Notes: generated from the letters alone by a model not told the origin. 64,000 bases of DNA from Octopus vulgaris (GCA_951406725.2 OX597817.1:163432001-163496000), one strand, 5' to 3'. Counted from the first letter of the stretch, positions 26,841-39,788 are shown. Program-made: numbers and translations.

Positions 26841-27309
26841 GCTTCTCACCCTACTTTCTCTCTCTTCTACTGATACTACGCCGGATTCTAGTCTTCTAAA
26901 CAAAATTTTACTTTGCCCCAGCTCAATCCTGATCCAGTAGACTTATGTTCAGAAGCATTGAAGTCTTGACCAATCCATTTTATTTGCAGGCACGATGCTT
27001 CTTAACAGCATTATCTTATATATCCCCTCTTTTTATAGATGATAGGATGTAATTTGCAGGAGAATTTGGTTGCTATTTGTAGTAGATCTAGCAACAGTGT
27101 ACAAGCTTCCTGACAAGGTGATGTTGTTGACCTGCCCATATTTAATTAAAAAGATCAATGATAAAGAAAGGATTTTCACTTGTGGCTATCCTGCTTCCTA
27201 GTGGAATTTGAACTCAGAAGTTAAACTTACCCAAACACTAACTACAAGATATTTAGTCCCACACTGAAACATCTTTGTCAAATGCCTCCCGTCCCATATT
27301 TTGGGATAA

Positions 27310-28132
27310 TTCTTTCTAATTTTAGCACAAGGATTGTAATTTTAGTGGAAGGAGGCAGTCGATTACACCACCTTCAGTGTACTCAACCAGTACTTATTCT
27401 ATCAATCCCCGAAACGGCGAAAGGCAAGCTGATGTCGCCGGAATATGAACTCAGAATCTAATGAGTCGAAAGAAATAACCCCAAGAATTGGTCGGCTTTG
27501 TTAGCTCGTCTTCTTTATATTGTGATATAATATTCTTTCTAATTTTGGCACAAGGTAAGCAATTTCGGGGAAGAGGTAAGTCGGTTGCTCAACTGATACT
27601 TATTTTACCGATTCTGAAAGGATAAAAGTCAAAGTCGACCCCGGTAGCATTTGCATTCAGAACGCAAAGTCGGAAGAAATGCTGCTAATCATTTTTTACC
27701 GGCGCGGTAACGATTCTTATTTCTTTACTACCCACAAGGGGCTAAACATAGAGGGGATAAACAAGGACAGACATAGGTATTAAGTCGATTACATCGACTC
27801 CAGTGCGTAACTGGTACTTATTTAATCGACCCCGAAAGGATGAAAGGCAAAGTCGACCTCGGCGGAATTTGAACTCAAAACGCAACGGCGGACGAGATAC
27901 TTATTTCTTTATTACCCACAAGGGGCTAAACATAGAGGGGATAAACAAGGACAGACATAGATATTAAGTCGATCACATCGAACCAGTGCGTAACTGGTAT
28001 TTATTTAATCGACCCCGAAAGGATGAAAGGCAAAGTCGACCTCGGCGGAATTTGAACTCAGAACGTAACGGCAGACGAAATACCGCTAAGCATTACGCCC
28101 GGTGTGCTAACGTTTCTGCCAGCTCGCCGACT
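27310..28132 (-). mobile_element. Cluster of family A SINEs (two old copies and a young dimer)
   Basis: Four cores in the same orientation; dimer at 27718-28130. Confidence 0.85.
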
Positions 28133-28184
28133 TGTATTGTGGTATTGAAAGAGACACTTCAATAACAGTAAACAATTACCCTTG

Positions 28185-28852
28185 AAATATCTCGAAAAGA
28201 CGAAGTGCTTTTTAACTACAATAAGGAACTAAACATTTACACAGATAAAAGTAGTTCCAAATATATCTAGACGAAAGAATCAATGCGAAGCTTGTAACCA
28301 TTCCAGTACAGTCTATTGAGTCAAAGTTTCACTGGTGCCAATGTATTACGGATAACATAATAAATCACTTCAGAGAATATAAAAAGGAAAATACTTGAAA
28401 ATTTTACTGAGAGTGATTATTTCACAGAAGGCTAGTGATGAAAGAGAAGGTAATCATGAAAGTGGGATGATTATTGAAGTAAACTAAATATTTGTGAACA
28501 AGGTAATTAAGAAATGTAACGTATCTCTTCGTTGTTTAATATCAAATCAAGGAATGCACTGGAAAAGTCTCGAAGAGGCAAAGAGCGTGTTGTAACTACA
28601 TTAGGAATTAAACACTGGACATAGAGATTGAAATACTCTTTTTACTTCTTTCGGCCATTTGACTGTGGCCATGCTGGAGCACTGCCTTTTAATCGAGCAA
28701 ATCGACTCCAGGACTTATTCGTTGTAAGCCTAGTACTTATTCTATCGGTCTCTTTTTGCCGAACCGCTAAGTTACGGGGACGTAAACACACCAGCATCGG
28801 TTGTCAAGCGATGCTGGGGATACAAACACAGATACACAAACATGAACACACA

Positions 28853-28929
<77 letters not shown>

Positions 28930-29725
28930 GACAGGTGTCTTTCAGTTTCCGTCTACTAAATCCACTCACAAGGCTTTGGTCGGCCCGAGGCTATAGTAGA
29001 AGACACTTGCCCAAGGTGCCACGCAGTGAAACTGAACCCGGAACCATGTGGTTCGTAAGCAAGCTACTTACCACACAGCCACTCTTGCAAATATATTTAT
29101 ACGAGAGAATATTTGCAGACTGTAGACATCACGTAGAGTGTTGAATGAAAGTTTGGCCGGTGCCAGCGTATTTGGAATAATGTAGTCGTAAATCACTCAA
29201 GAGAATATAAAATAGAAAATATTTGGAAACTTTGTTAAGAGTAATTACTTCACAGAAAGTTTATGATGAAAGAAAATGCATCCACAAAAGTGGAATAATT
29301 ATAGGAATAAACCAAATAATCGCGAACAAGGTAATTAAAGAATGAAAACTCGTTGTTTGTTGTTTAGCACCACAAGAAGTGCACCGGGAAATCTCTCGGA
29401 TAGAGACGAAGAGTGTTTTGTAACTGCTATAAGATGTTAAACATCGGTTATAGATTAAAATACTTGCAAGTATATTTAGACGAGAGAATAAATGTAGTTT
29501 ATTAATATTACTGTGCAGTGTTGAGTAAAAGTTTTGTCGGTGCCAATGTATTAAGGATAATAAAACACTCCCGAGAATATAAGATGGAAACATTGGCAAT
29601 AATATTTACTTCATAGGAAGCTTCTGATGAAAGAAATGGTATCCATAAGAGTGGAATAATTATTGAAGCAAACCAAGTATTTGTGAACAAGGTAACTAAG
29701 GAATGAAAACTTGTTGTTTAACTCC
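28185..29725. repeat. Old, diverged ~380-bp tandem repeat (about 3 units) interrupted by a SINE
   Basis: Anchors GGTGCCA at about 28334, 29159, 29539 and GAACAAGGTAA at about 28496, 29323, 29685; the period is about 360-380 bp once the SINE is removed. Confidence 0.8.
28635..29085 (-). mobile_element. Family B SINE, near full length
   Basis: Head GAGTGGCTGTGTGGTAAGTAGCTTGC...GGTTCAGT, internal (TA)n(TG)n, tail ...GTAAAAAGAGT. Confidence 0.9.
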
Positions 29726-29990
29726 AGGCTAGCTCTGGTGGAACAAGTTTCTGAAATACATCAATGCATTTTATTTCAAGCGGTCTAGCCGTGGGCATTA
29801 AGAATTTTCCGACATAGCTTATCTCAGGCTACAATAGGCAATATGATTTTTGTTTCCTTTTTCTTCCTATAGCAACGTGTGATTTGAGGAAAACTTCGCT
29901 TCTATTTCTAATAGGTATAGTGAGCACGTAAAAGTTCCTTCATAATCATAACCGTTCCTCACATGCTAGTATGAGCTGGTAACATGTACC

Positions 29991-30224
29991 TATTTCGTTA
30001 TTGCCCGCAAGAGGCTAAACATAGCGGGGACAAACAAGGACAGACAAACGGATTAAGTCGATTACATCGACCCCTGTGCGTAACTGGTACTTAATTTATC
30101 GACCCCGAAAGGATGTAGGGCAAAGACGACCTCGGTGGAATTTGAACTCAGAACGTAACGGCAGACGAAATACGGCTACGCATTTCGCCCGGCGTGCTAA
30201 CGTTTCTGCCAGCTCGCCCCACTT
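29991..30224 (-). mobile_element. Family A SINE flanked by a perfect 59-bp direct repeat
   Basis: 29932-29990 is identical to 30225-30283. Confidence 0.9.
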
Positions 30225-32042
30225 AAGTTCCTTCATAATCATAACCGTTCCTCACATGCTAGTATGAGCTGGTAACATGTACCATGATTTTACTAATTGT
30301 TTTAGGTGTCAATATGAACTTGAGCAGACACAGACACTCTTTCAACCCTCCTTTTACTTGACTCAGTAGAGCAATCGAGGATATGACGGTTGAAGAGAGA
30401 GAAAGGGTTACACTAAAACTGGTACATATTTTCAGCTGAGTAGATTGGAGCAACATGAAATGAAGATCTGTGTACAAAAATACACCACGGAATCGAACCC
30501 GTAATTTACGAACGTAAGTTCAACTCCTTAACCTGTCAGTTAAGCGTCTTCCCGTAGGCTTGAATATAAACAGGTTGTGTTGAATGTTCTCCAAGAATGG
30601 GTGCTAATCTTCTGATATTCTCGAAACAAACAGAAAGGTCAGTTACAGAATTGATAAAATTTGATTTCGCCAGTAAAAAGCATTATGCTTGAACACAGAT
30701 AACTTAGCAGCATCAGTAGCTACCTCAACGTTGCCGTTATTGTTTAGCCCTCGGTCAGCTTTGATCGAGCAAACCTGTGATCTAAGGAATTCCACCCATG
30801 ATCATTCTGTTTTTTTTTTCTACGAACAGCGAATCCAAGATCATACTACAGAATCAAGCTATTTAACGTGACTTTCACAAAGAAGATGCGGTATGGCTTG
30901 AGAGAGATTTGATTCTTTTGTCTAAGAAGTCGAGTAACAATGTAAAGGTGCTTTCGTTGGCTTATTAGCAAAAGGTAAATGTCTTACACGTTCGAGGTAA
31001 ATAACTGCAATAAATAAAGACGATTTAGTAGTTAGTACAGTGATCTGAGAGAGGTTTGGTTGCTATTTTTAGGAAATCGAGTGCTCATGTCGACACTCTT
31101 TCGTTGGCATGCTAGCACAAGGTAAATGTCATAGACGCTCGAAATACATAACTGAAGTAGATGAAGATGCTTGAATAGTCAGTAAAGAGAATTTCAAAGA
31201 ATTAGCTAATCTATATTATATTAGTAGAGATGAAATAGATAATGTTGTTCAAATTGGCACCAATTATATGGAAACTGAGATGCCATATCTCTATTCAGGA
31301 CTGTATCAGAGATACTTCTATGAAAAGAATATATTTACTCAAAGGATTACGAATCAATAATGAAGTCTCCATTCGCTCCCCTAACCTTCTAGAAACAGTG
31401 ACCAATTTTCCTTCAAATTCTACGTTATATTAAAAATTCACTGACCGAAGAACCTGCAAAGAGGTCCAACTGGATCCGGCGAGGATTGAATAAAAGTGAT
31501 TTTCAGAAGGCATAATTTATCCTGCTTGTAACTTGTGTCTCAGACCGAAGTATTTACGACATCCAAGATATATTACAATAGGACAAAATTTATCATGTTT
31601 ACTCTCAACCGAAGTAAGGCCCTATAAACTCACTGGTCCAATAAAAAAAATATATATATACTGACCATCCAGGAAATTTCTGACTTCAGAATATGACAAA
31701 AGAAAAGCTATTTTAGAGTAATGACTTGGATGCAACCTTTGAGCGTAAGGAGTTAAAAGCCAAAACACTTGCATAAAAGGAGAGGTTTCTTCTCTGAAGA
31801 CCTTCTGCTGTTCAACTCTTACTAGAATTTCTCATTAACTTAAAGAAATATTGGATAATGTTCTTCTACAGGCGCAGGTATGGCTGTGTGGTTAAGAAAC
31901 TTACTTTGCACCTCCGTGGTTTCAGGTTCATTCCCACAGTGTGGTACGTTGAACAAGTGTCTTTTACTATTGCCCCCGGCTCAATCAATGCCTTGTAAGC
32001 AAATTTAGTAGACAGAAAGTGAGGAAGCCCACCACAGACACA

Positions 32043-32104
<62 letters not shown>

Positions 32105-32343
32105 TGTTAAAATACAGAGTCTATGTATTAATAAGTGCCCATTGGTTGGAGAAATTCGAATTAGTTTACATGCGGTTAAGCGTTTCAGAAAATATCTAAT
32201 CATAACGGTTTCTCAATATATCCGTGTGTGTGTGGCATTATACGGTAATAAAAGACTCACAGTAATAACTGCATGCATATATATATATATATATATATAA
32301 AAGCTGGAGGCTAGTTTTACAAATTACATTACCTGTGGAACGA

Positions 32344-32419
32344 TCGCACTGACGAGTCTACGGACAATTGGATTATATAAGTAATTCATTTGTTAATAGA
32401 CGAAACCGCCGGTCTGTGA
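32344..32419 (+). ncRNA. Type I hammerhead ribozyme (predicted)
   Basis: Stem I TCGCA/TGTGA; core CTGACGA (32349-32355); stem II GTCTA/TAGAC extended by GACAA/TTGTT and TGGATTA/TAATTCA; GAAA (32402-32405); short stem III CC-GCC-GG; cleavage triplet GTC ending at 32414. Confidence 0.8.
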
Positions 32420-32591
32420 GTAATTCTGATTTTTAAAATATAATTTTCATCTGTCTTGCCTGCCTAATTGTTCTGGTGTCCGCTGAATTTTCCTCTAGAG
32501 AACATTCTTTTCTTTGTAGTTTGATCGTAGGTGATCTATTTCTAGCATACGGTCGACTACCTAGTGGTCTTGCCCTTTGAATATACACATG

Positions 32592-32652
<61 letters not shown>

Positions 32653-33144
32653 TAGAACTTATGTCAGCGTGACACGTAACATGTATAGTCTCCGTTGCCG
32701 GGTACTTGTACAATATGTATTGTGAATCTCAGAGATATCTTTAATATAAACACAATGGATTAGAGTTTTGCTATTGTAATATGAACGATTGTGATGCTTT
32801 GAACCTGATAACGCATGATTGATGTAAATGAAAAGAAACAAAACTGTAAGTCGGCTGTAAACCAGGCACACGTATAGATAAACGTTTAGATGATGCCCTT
32901 CAGAGAACTTTCAACCAATAACTGATATTAAACACAGTTACCGTAGTTACTTCTGATGCTATCAATTGGAAAATATAGTTATTAATGAATATAGTCAACA
33001 GATGAGATCCTGAGATCCTCAGTAATAGAAAACTCTTTAGACTTCGATGTCTTTACGAAGGAACACTTCCGTGGAGCAAAGAGTAGCTATAAGAGGAATT
33101 CAAGTGAATAGAGGCAATTAACTGCTTGGATTTGATGTACAATA

Positions 33145-33291
<147 letters not shown>

Positions 33292-33645
33292 AGTTAAGTT
33301 AATTTTTTGGCTCAAAAAGCAGAAAGCGACGCCATGGAGTTATGTACAGGGTGGTGTTCATGCGAAGAGTTCAGGCCATTTGTGGTCAAGGGAGACTTTG
33401 AACCGAGCGGTCGTCGGCATCTTCACTATCTCGTCCGGCAGCTTATTCCACGGATCCGCAACCCGGACGGAGAAAGCCCCTCTCCTTCGATTGAGATGAA
33501 ATCGTCGCAGATAGAGCTTTTCGGAGTGACCCCGCAGCCGACGTTCTGGAGTAGGAGTGAAGAACAGCTCTTTCGGGAGGTTACACTTTCCGCTTATGAT
33601 GTTGTGAGCAAGAATGAGATCACCACGGCGTCGTCGTTTTTCTAC
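33292..33645 (-). mobile_element. 3' fragment of a CR1-type LINE
   Basis: Minus strand translates [73 protein letters not shown]...FKVSLD (CR1 ORF2 C-terminus: RRxRGDL, RGH, FSxRV..WNxLP); (TTAAC)n tail. Confidence 0.9.
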
Positions 33646-34189
33646 AACAATTATAATTTAGGGTCCTAAGAGAGATGTATACATGCATCAGAATGAAAGC
33701 AAACACTGAAGATTTCAGACGATGAATATTTAAATATAAATCTACATATAGTTATATACTAATATATCAAACTTAGAGTAAAAACGACAGAGAAAATTAA
33801 AGGGGAGGAAGTTATTAATGTATGATGTTAAAAGGAAACACAAAAATCTTTTAAATAATCGAGCAAGTTGTCTTATTATATAAACATGTGCTCAACGCTC
33901 CTTTGTAATTAAATTATTAATAAATAAATTTCTCTGTGTCACTCTTTCTTTTCGCAATAATTTCTTTATAGTAAGCTAGATACTACTGCGTCAGGAAGAG
34001 CGAATGCTATATTTCAACTGACGATAGCTAAAACCAGAAACGTTGTTTTCCATATCTTCTCAGTGAGAGAGCAATTCCAGCTTAACTCCAAATATATTTC
34101 TTAATCAATGTTTATAATCCTACGGCTGTATGTCGAAAAGATTGGAAATAATCAAAAGATTGGAAATAATCATCTTCATTACATATAAT

Positions 34190-34458
34190 AGCTGAGTGGC
34201 TGTGTGGTAAGTAGCTTGCTAACCAACCACATGGTTCCGGGTTCAGTCCCACTGCGTGGTATCTTGGGCAAGTGTCTTCTGCTATAGCCCCGGGCCGACC
34301 AATACCTTGTGAGTGGATTTGGTAGACGGAAACTGAAAGAGACCGATAGAATAAGTACTGGGCTTACAAAAAGAATAAGTCCCGGGGTCGAGTTGCTCGA
34401 CTAAAGGCGGTGCTCCAGCATGGCCGCAGTCAAATGACTGAAACAAGTAAAAGAGTAA
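34190..34458 (+). mobile_element. Family B SINE with the central microsatellite block deleted
   Basis: Head joined directly to tail at AAAGAGACCGATAG. Confidence 0.85.
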
Positions 34459-35556
34459 TAGGATTATTGACTTAGAGCATATTGCTAGATTCTACTTTAT
34501 ATATCCTGAACGAAGACTAAATCACTTTGAATCAATTTAAGCGATCTTAAGCGATCTGAACTAGGATGACTAATATAGAGACTCGGCTATTACAGACTAT
34601 CATCACTTTCGACATACTTTTGGTTCTGGCTGTAATTTTATGCAATTTCCTTGTATAACTTGTTTGATTATGCAATAGAAATCTCGGTTGTTGGCCCCCA
34701 AATTAACCCGAGGTCTCGAGATTAAATGGGACGAAATCATGTGCTGTGTAATGTTTATACGTTTCTCAAAACCTCTCGATGTATAAAAATTGAAACGTCT
34801 ACAAAAAACAATACGAGATCACGGCTTTAAGCATATTATGGCGAAAAACCATGAATATCGAAATAGGATTTTTTTGTAATTTTTTAAAGAAAAAAAAACA
34901 ACATCAAAGTGTGGACAGAAAGTAGCTGAGACAATTAATTCGGGAATAAGCACGCTTTGTTCATTTGATCTATTATTAATTAGAAGCCACCCAAACTAAT
35001 TAAACACAATGTAAACGGATGTCTTTCTACAACTTCAGCTTGAAAAGGGCTGAAGGAAGCGAGTCCTATTAAAGTCATTATCCTCTTTCACTCATCGTTA
35101 AAAACGTTGACAGTTTAGTTCAGCTAGATTAGATGTAATCTCAATGCCGTGAAATACGATATCGTACTTGGTTTTTTGTATTATTTTTCTGCATTAAATG
35201 TATAGCTTTTCTCGACCACAGCTTCACTTCAATATACTTTTAATTATGTATAAATCCATCACTTCAGTGTTGTTGTCTATAAAATATGTCAGACAAAATA
35301 TGTGAAATATCCAATCTATTGCACATATGATTACACTTCGAAATTTTATGTATTATAAATACTTTCTACTATAGGCACAAGACCTGAAATTTTTGTGGGA
35401 AGGGGCTAGCCGTTTCCTCAGACCTCAGTACACAACTGATACTTGTTTCACCGACCGTGAAAGGACGAAAAGCAAAGTCGACATCGACAGAATTTGAACT
35501 CAGAACGGTAAGACGGACGAAATGCAGCTGTAATTTTCCCACCATTTCACGTATGT

Positions 35557-35790
35557 GTGGAGGCGCATGGCTTAGTGGTTAGGGTGTCAGCATCATGACT
35601 GTAAGATTGTGGTTTCGATTACTGGACCGGGCGACGCGTTGTGTTCTTGATCAAAACACTTCATTTCACGTTGCTCCAGTCCACTCAGCTGGCAAAAATG
35701 AGTCCCGTCCAGCTGGAGAACACATACGCCATTGAAACCGGGAAACCGGGCCCATGAGCCTGGCTAGGCTTTAAAAAGGCGCATTTATTA
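35557..35790 (+). mobile_element. Family C-related SINE, tail type 3
   Basis: GTGGAGGCGCATGGCTTAGTGGTTAGGG head; tail GAAACCGGGAAACCGGGCCCATGAGCC; a similar copy at about 48805-49040. Confidence 0.8.
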
Positions 35791-35970
35791 TTATTTTTTA
35801 TTTCACGTATATATTTCCAACAAATATTTACTTTAGTACATGTAGTCTTGTATATCTCTGATTCATTAATCACAGATCCAGAATGACACGATACACTCAG
35901 ATATGAACCATGTTACGTTTATTACGGATAGCTGTATGATAACACAGATCGGTGATCAGTTGAAGAGACC

Positions 35971-36269
35971 GTTTGTTTTTGTTTGTTCCTTCTCGAGCCA
36001 TCCCTGGCTCATAAGGGCCGGTTTCCCGGTTTCTTTGGCGTATAGGTACCCTACCTGGACGGGACGCCGGTCCGTCGCAGGTGAGCTGAATGATGCAAGA
36101 GAAAAGAGTGAGAGAAAGTTGTAGCGAAAGAGTCAGCAGAAGTTCGCCATTACCTTCTGCTGGAGCCGCGTGGAGCTCATAAACACACACATCGCCCGGT
36201 CTGAGATTCGAACCCACGATCCCTCGACCGCGAGTCCGCTGCTCTAACCACTAGGCTATGTGCCTCCAC
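35971..36269 (-). mobile_element. Family C SINE, tail type 3
   Basis: Head GTGGAGGCACATAGCCTAGTGGTTAGAGCAGCGGACTCGCGG; closely similar to 38505-38790. Confidence 0.85.
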
Positions 36270-37233
36270 AAGAACCTGCTTATATCGCAAAAAAACCTGC
36301 CTTATCCAGAAACGCGTACCACCCACACTGCTCAGCTACATAGAATGCACTGATTATCGCTAGTGTTTACATGACTGTGTTGCGAAGCTGCATATATTTT
36401 ATACGGATTTACTTTACCCTTCTACCTGGGATCAGAAAATAGAAAAAAAAATACTAAGGTATCTGTTCCTAAGAAATGATATAGACGAGTGTGTTTTTTA
36501 CAAAAAAATAAATAATAAAATAAAAATTTTAAAAAAAAGGATCAAGAAAATATGTGACGTTGGAAGCTTCGTTCCAGTAAGAAAATACGTGATGTTGGAA
36601 GCTACGCTGCTGTGGGCTGTGAGTTTGGTATCAATAAATCTATTCGCTCCAAAGTGCGTGCAGATGATTCATTTATCACTGCTTTTTATTTATTTATTTA
36701 TTTATTTATCAAACCCAACTTCCATGATAAACAAGGATAGATGTATATATCTATTCTTAACGTCATGTTAAGGAAAAGTGACACTTCCGATTGAAGAACT
36801 TCCTGGAACCGAGAAGTGTTCAGGTTTGTCTCGTGTGCTTTCTGATATAAACATAATACAGGGAATCAATTAGAGTTATATTTCTTTTAGTGTGTATCTA
36901 GATATGTTAGTTTCTAATGTTCTGATCAATGTGCATGATTTCATCTACTTAACTGTTTTATTCTGAACATCTCTCGTATCTATCTGAAATCAAACGTAAA
37001 TGCGAGCATTTGGTTTGCATTGACCTACATAAAGGCAATAAACAAGGTCAGATAAAGTTCACGAACAATAATTAGCGTGAACGTAAAAAAAATGTCGGCT
37101 ACTGCTTTATTTTGTGGCTAAAGATAGAAACAGATAGACATATATAGACATGTGTGTGTGTGTGCGCGCGCAGGTGTATGTATATACATACGTATATATC
37201 ATATATAATAATTATATATACATATACCGTATA

Positions 37234-37287
<54 letters not shown>

Positions 37288-37405
37288 CATTTTTATTATT
37301 ATTACCATTATTATTACTATATATATATTGTGATATGCATATACATATATACATATGCATGTATATACATATATACATACCACGCACACGCACACACACA
37401 TACAT

Positions 37406-37474
<69 letters not shown>

Positions 37475-38504
37475 GAGAGAGAGAGAGTATATGTATATAT
37501 TGTGAGAGTGAGAATGAGTATGTGAACGAGAGACAGTCTGATGAAAGAATTGAGAGATGAAACGGATTATGAGCTAGCACGATAAGCTCATTATTGCGGT
37601 AATCCGTTTGCGAGTTTACATGTAGTGATAAAATGTAGTACGTGCAGCTTAATCCATACGGTAATGTAAGTTTCTAGTGCAAAGAGAGTCACATATGCTT
37701 GACCGGATAGGGTCTCAGAGAATAACTGAGTGATCAGCGTATCCTATTGTCTTTCGACCACCGGACAGTGTCCATGGTCACGAATCTCAACAGAACTGTG
37801 AGAAGACACCATATGATCGTCTACAATTGTAAACAACACAAGAAAAGCTTTCTTTGGCATTTGGCTGTAAGTTCTATTTCTCCTGTTGGTTTGGATCATG
37901 TAAAATCATTATTTATGCATTTCTTTAAAAATTCTGCATCGTTACTCTTGCATAGACTAACACAGAAAGTTCGTGTCACGGACATCATTTGTAAAGGCCA
38001 GATTTTGCTTTAGATATATTTATTACTCGCAAATTCATACACAGCAACAAAGCCTCACAGTTCAGTTTATTGTTTAATTATCTTAACCCGATGATGAGCA
38101 ATGTAGAGTAGAGCCGGTCCGAGCTGAGCAGACCCATTTGATCCGATTCGATCCAATCTGAACCTGTGACTCAGTTTTATCTTTTCTTTATCCAGAGCCG
38201 TCCATGAGGTTAATGGCACCGTAGACGGCAAAATTTCAGAGCTCTTACAAATATAGCTGAAAGAATAGATCATAAAGAGGAAAAGTACCAAATGAATAGT
38301 GTTTAGAAAAATTAAATGTTGGCAATGGTCCATAGGGGTAAGACAAGGATGTGTGATTAAGAATTTCGCTTCGCAGTCAAATGGCTTTGGATTGTTTAGT
38401 CCAACTGTGCAGCATCTTGGAAAACTGTTTTCTACTGTAGATCCTTCTGAGTGACTTTCGGTACATGGAAATGCGAGGAAGCCCGTTGTGTATATATATA
38501 TATA

Positions 38505-38790
38505 TGTTTGTTCTTTCTCGCGACATGCCTGGCTCATAAGGGCCGGTTTCCCTGTTTTCTTGGCGTATAGGTACCCCACCAGGACGGGACGCCGGTCCGT
38601 CGCAAGTGAGCTGCAAGATGCAGGAGGAAAGAGTGAAAGAAAGTTGTGGCGAAAGAGTCAGCAGAAGTTCGCCATTACCTTCTGCCGGAGCCGCTTGAAG
38701 CTTAGGTGTTTCGCTCATAAACACACACATCGCCGGTCTGAGATTCGAACCCGCGATCCCTCGAAAGCAAGTCCGCTGCTCTAACCACTA
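38505..38790 (-). mobile_element. Family C SINE, tail type 3
   Basis: Paralogue of 35971-36269. Confidence 0.85.
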
Positions 38791-38797
38791 TATATAT

Positions 38798-39239
38798 GAG
38801 TAAATGTAAGGACAAGCAAGTTAGGCAAGCCTATATACAAAAAATACTAAATACATTTAATACACAAAAACGTACATACATTTACATATAAAATGGTCCG
38901 CCTTATACAAAATAGAAATCCTATCAGGAATTAAAGCGGTTGAATAAGAGTCTTACGAGTCCAACATCTGTTTCTGGAAGTTTGGTAGTCCAAAATAATG
39001 ATTGTAAATTGATTGCATCATCCGATAATACCAGCCTCCGTCTTCAGGGAAGAATTCCCATCTTTAATCTCCGTTCTTTCAACATCTCAAATGTAAAACT
39101 TTTATTCAACCGCTTTAATTCCTGATGTCATTTCTATTCTGTGTAAATCGGACCTTTTCATATGTAAACATATGTACATTTTTTGTATTAAAGGTATTTA
39201 ATGTTCTTTTGCCTAACTTGCTTGTCCTTACATTTACTC
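38798..39239. repeat. Long imperfect inverted repeat (~155-bp arms, ~135-bp spacer), probably Penelope-like inverted termini
   Basis: GAGTAAATGTAAGGACAAGCAAGTTAGGCAA...TCAGGAATTAAAGCGGTTGAATAA is mirrored by TTATTCAACCGCTTTAATTCCTGA...TTGCCTAACTTGCTTGTCCTTACATTTACTC. Confidence 0.85.
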
Positions 39240-39410
39240 CTCTAACCTGATCAAGTTTAAATCTCTTGAGCACTACGAAGTGTATTCTATTCGGAGAGTA
39301 TCTGTCTCTCATCTATGTATGTATGTATGTATGTATGTATGTATGTATGTATGTATGTATGTATGTATGTATGTATGTATGTATGTATGTATGTATATAT
39401 ATATATATAT

Positions 39411-39572
39411 AAAGGGAAAATTTACGAAAATAAACAAAAGACGAAGGCAGGTGGAGTACAAACAAACAAATGTATTAGTATAGCGCTCAGGAATAGAAAA
39501 AGTCTTTTACGTTTCGAGCCTACGCTCTTCGACAGAAAGGTACACAGAAAAAAAACAAGGAGAGAAACTAGG
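39411..39572 (-). mobile_element. Penelope-like terminal remnant with a variant minimal hammerhead-like motif
   Basis: Minus strand 39539-39504: CTTT CTGTCGA A GAGC GTAG GCTC GAAA CGTA AAAG; located between (TA)n and (GATA)n tracts. Confidence 0.5.
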
Positions 39573-39651
<79 letters not shown>

Positions 39652-39729
39652 CAGATAGATTGATACATACATAGATTCCATTTCCAAGTAAGTTTATCTT
39701 AATACACACACACACACACACACACACAC

Positions 39730-39788
<59 letters not shown>

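Noticed and set aside
29261-29599. ILGSV in a minus-strand ORF, mimicking the USP C-terminal LGSVS motif
   Set aside because: Lies in the 380-bp tandem repeat, lacks the upstream G-x-RG-x-G and downstream PV motifs, and is not kept in sister units.
33307-33669. Paralogous plus-strand ORFs at 33307 and 43513 ([10 protein letters not shown]...)
   Set aside because: Antisense frames of CR1 LINE 3' fragments.
38067-38579. 170-aa minus-strand ORF with a plausible acceptor near 38258
   Set aside because: The N-terminal half is SINE sequence and the rest has no recognisable domain; cannot be supported without RNA data.
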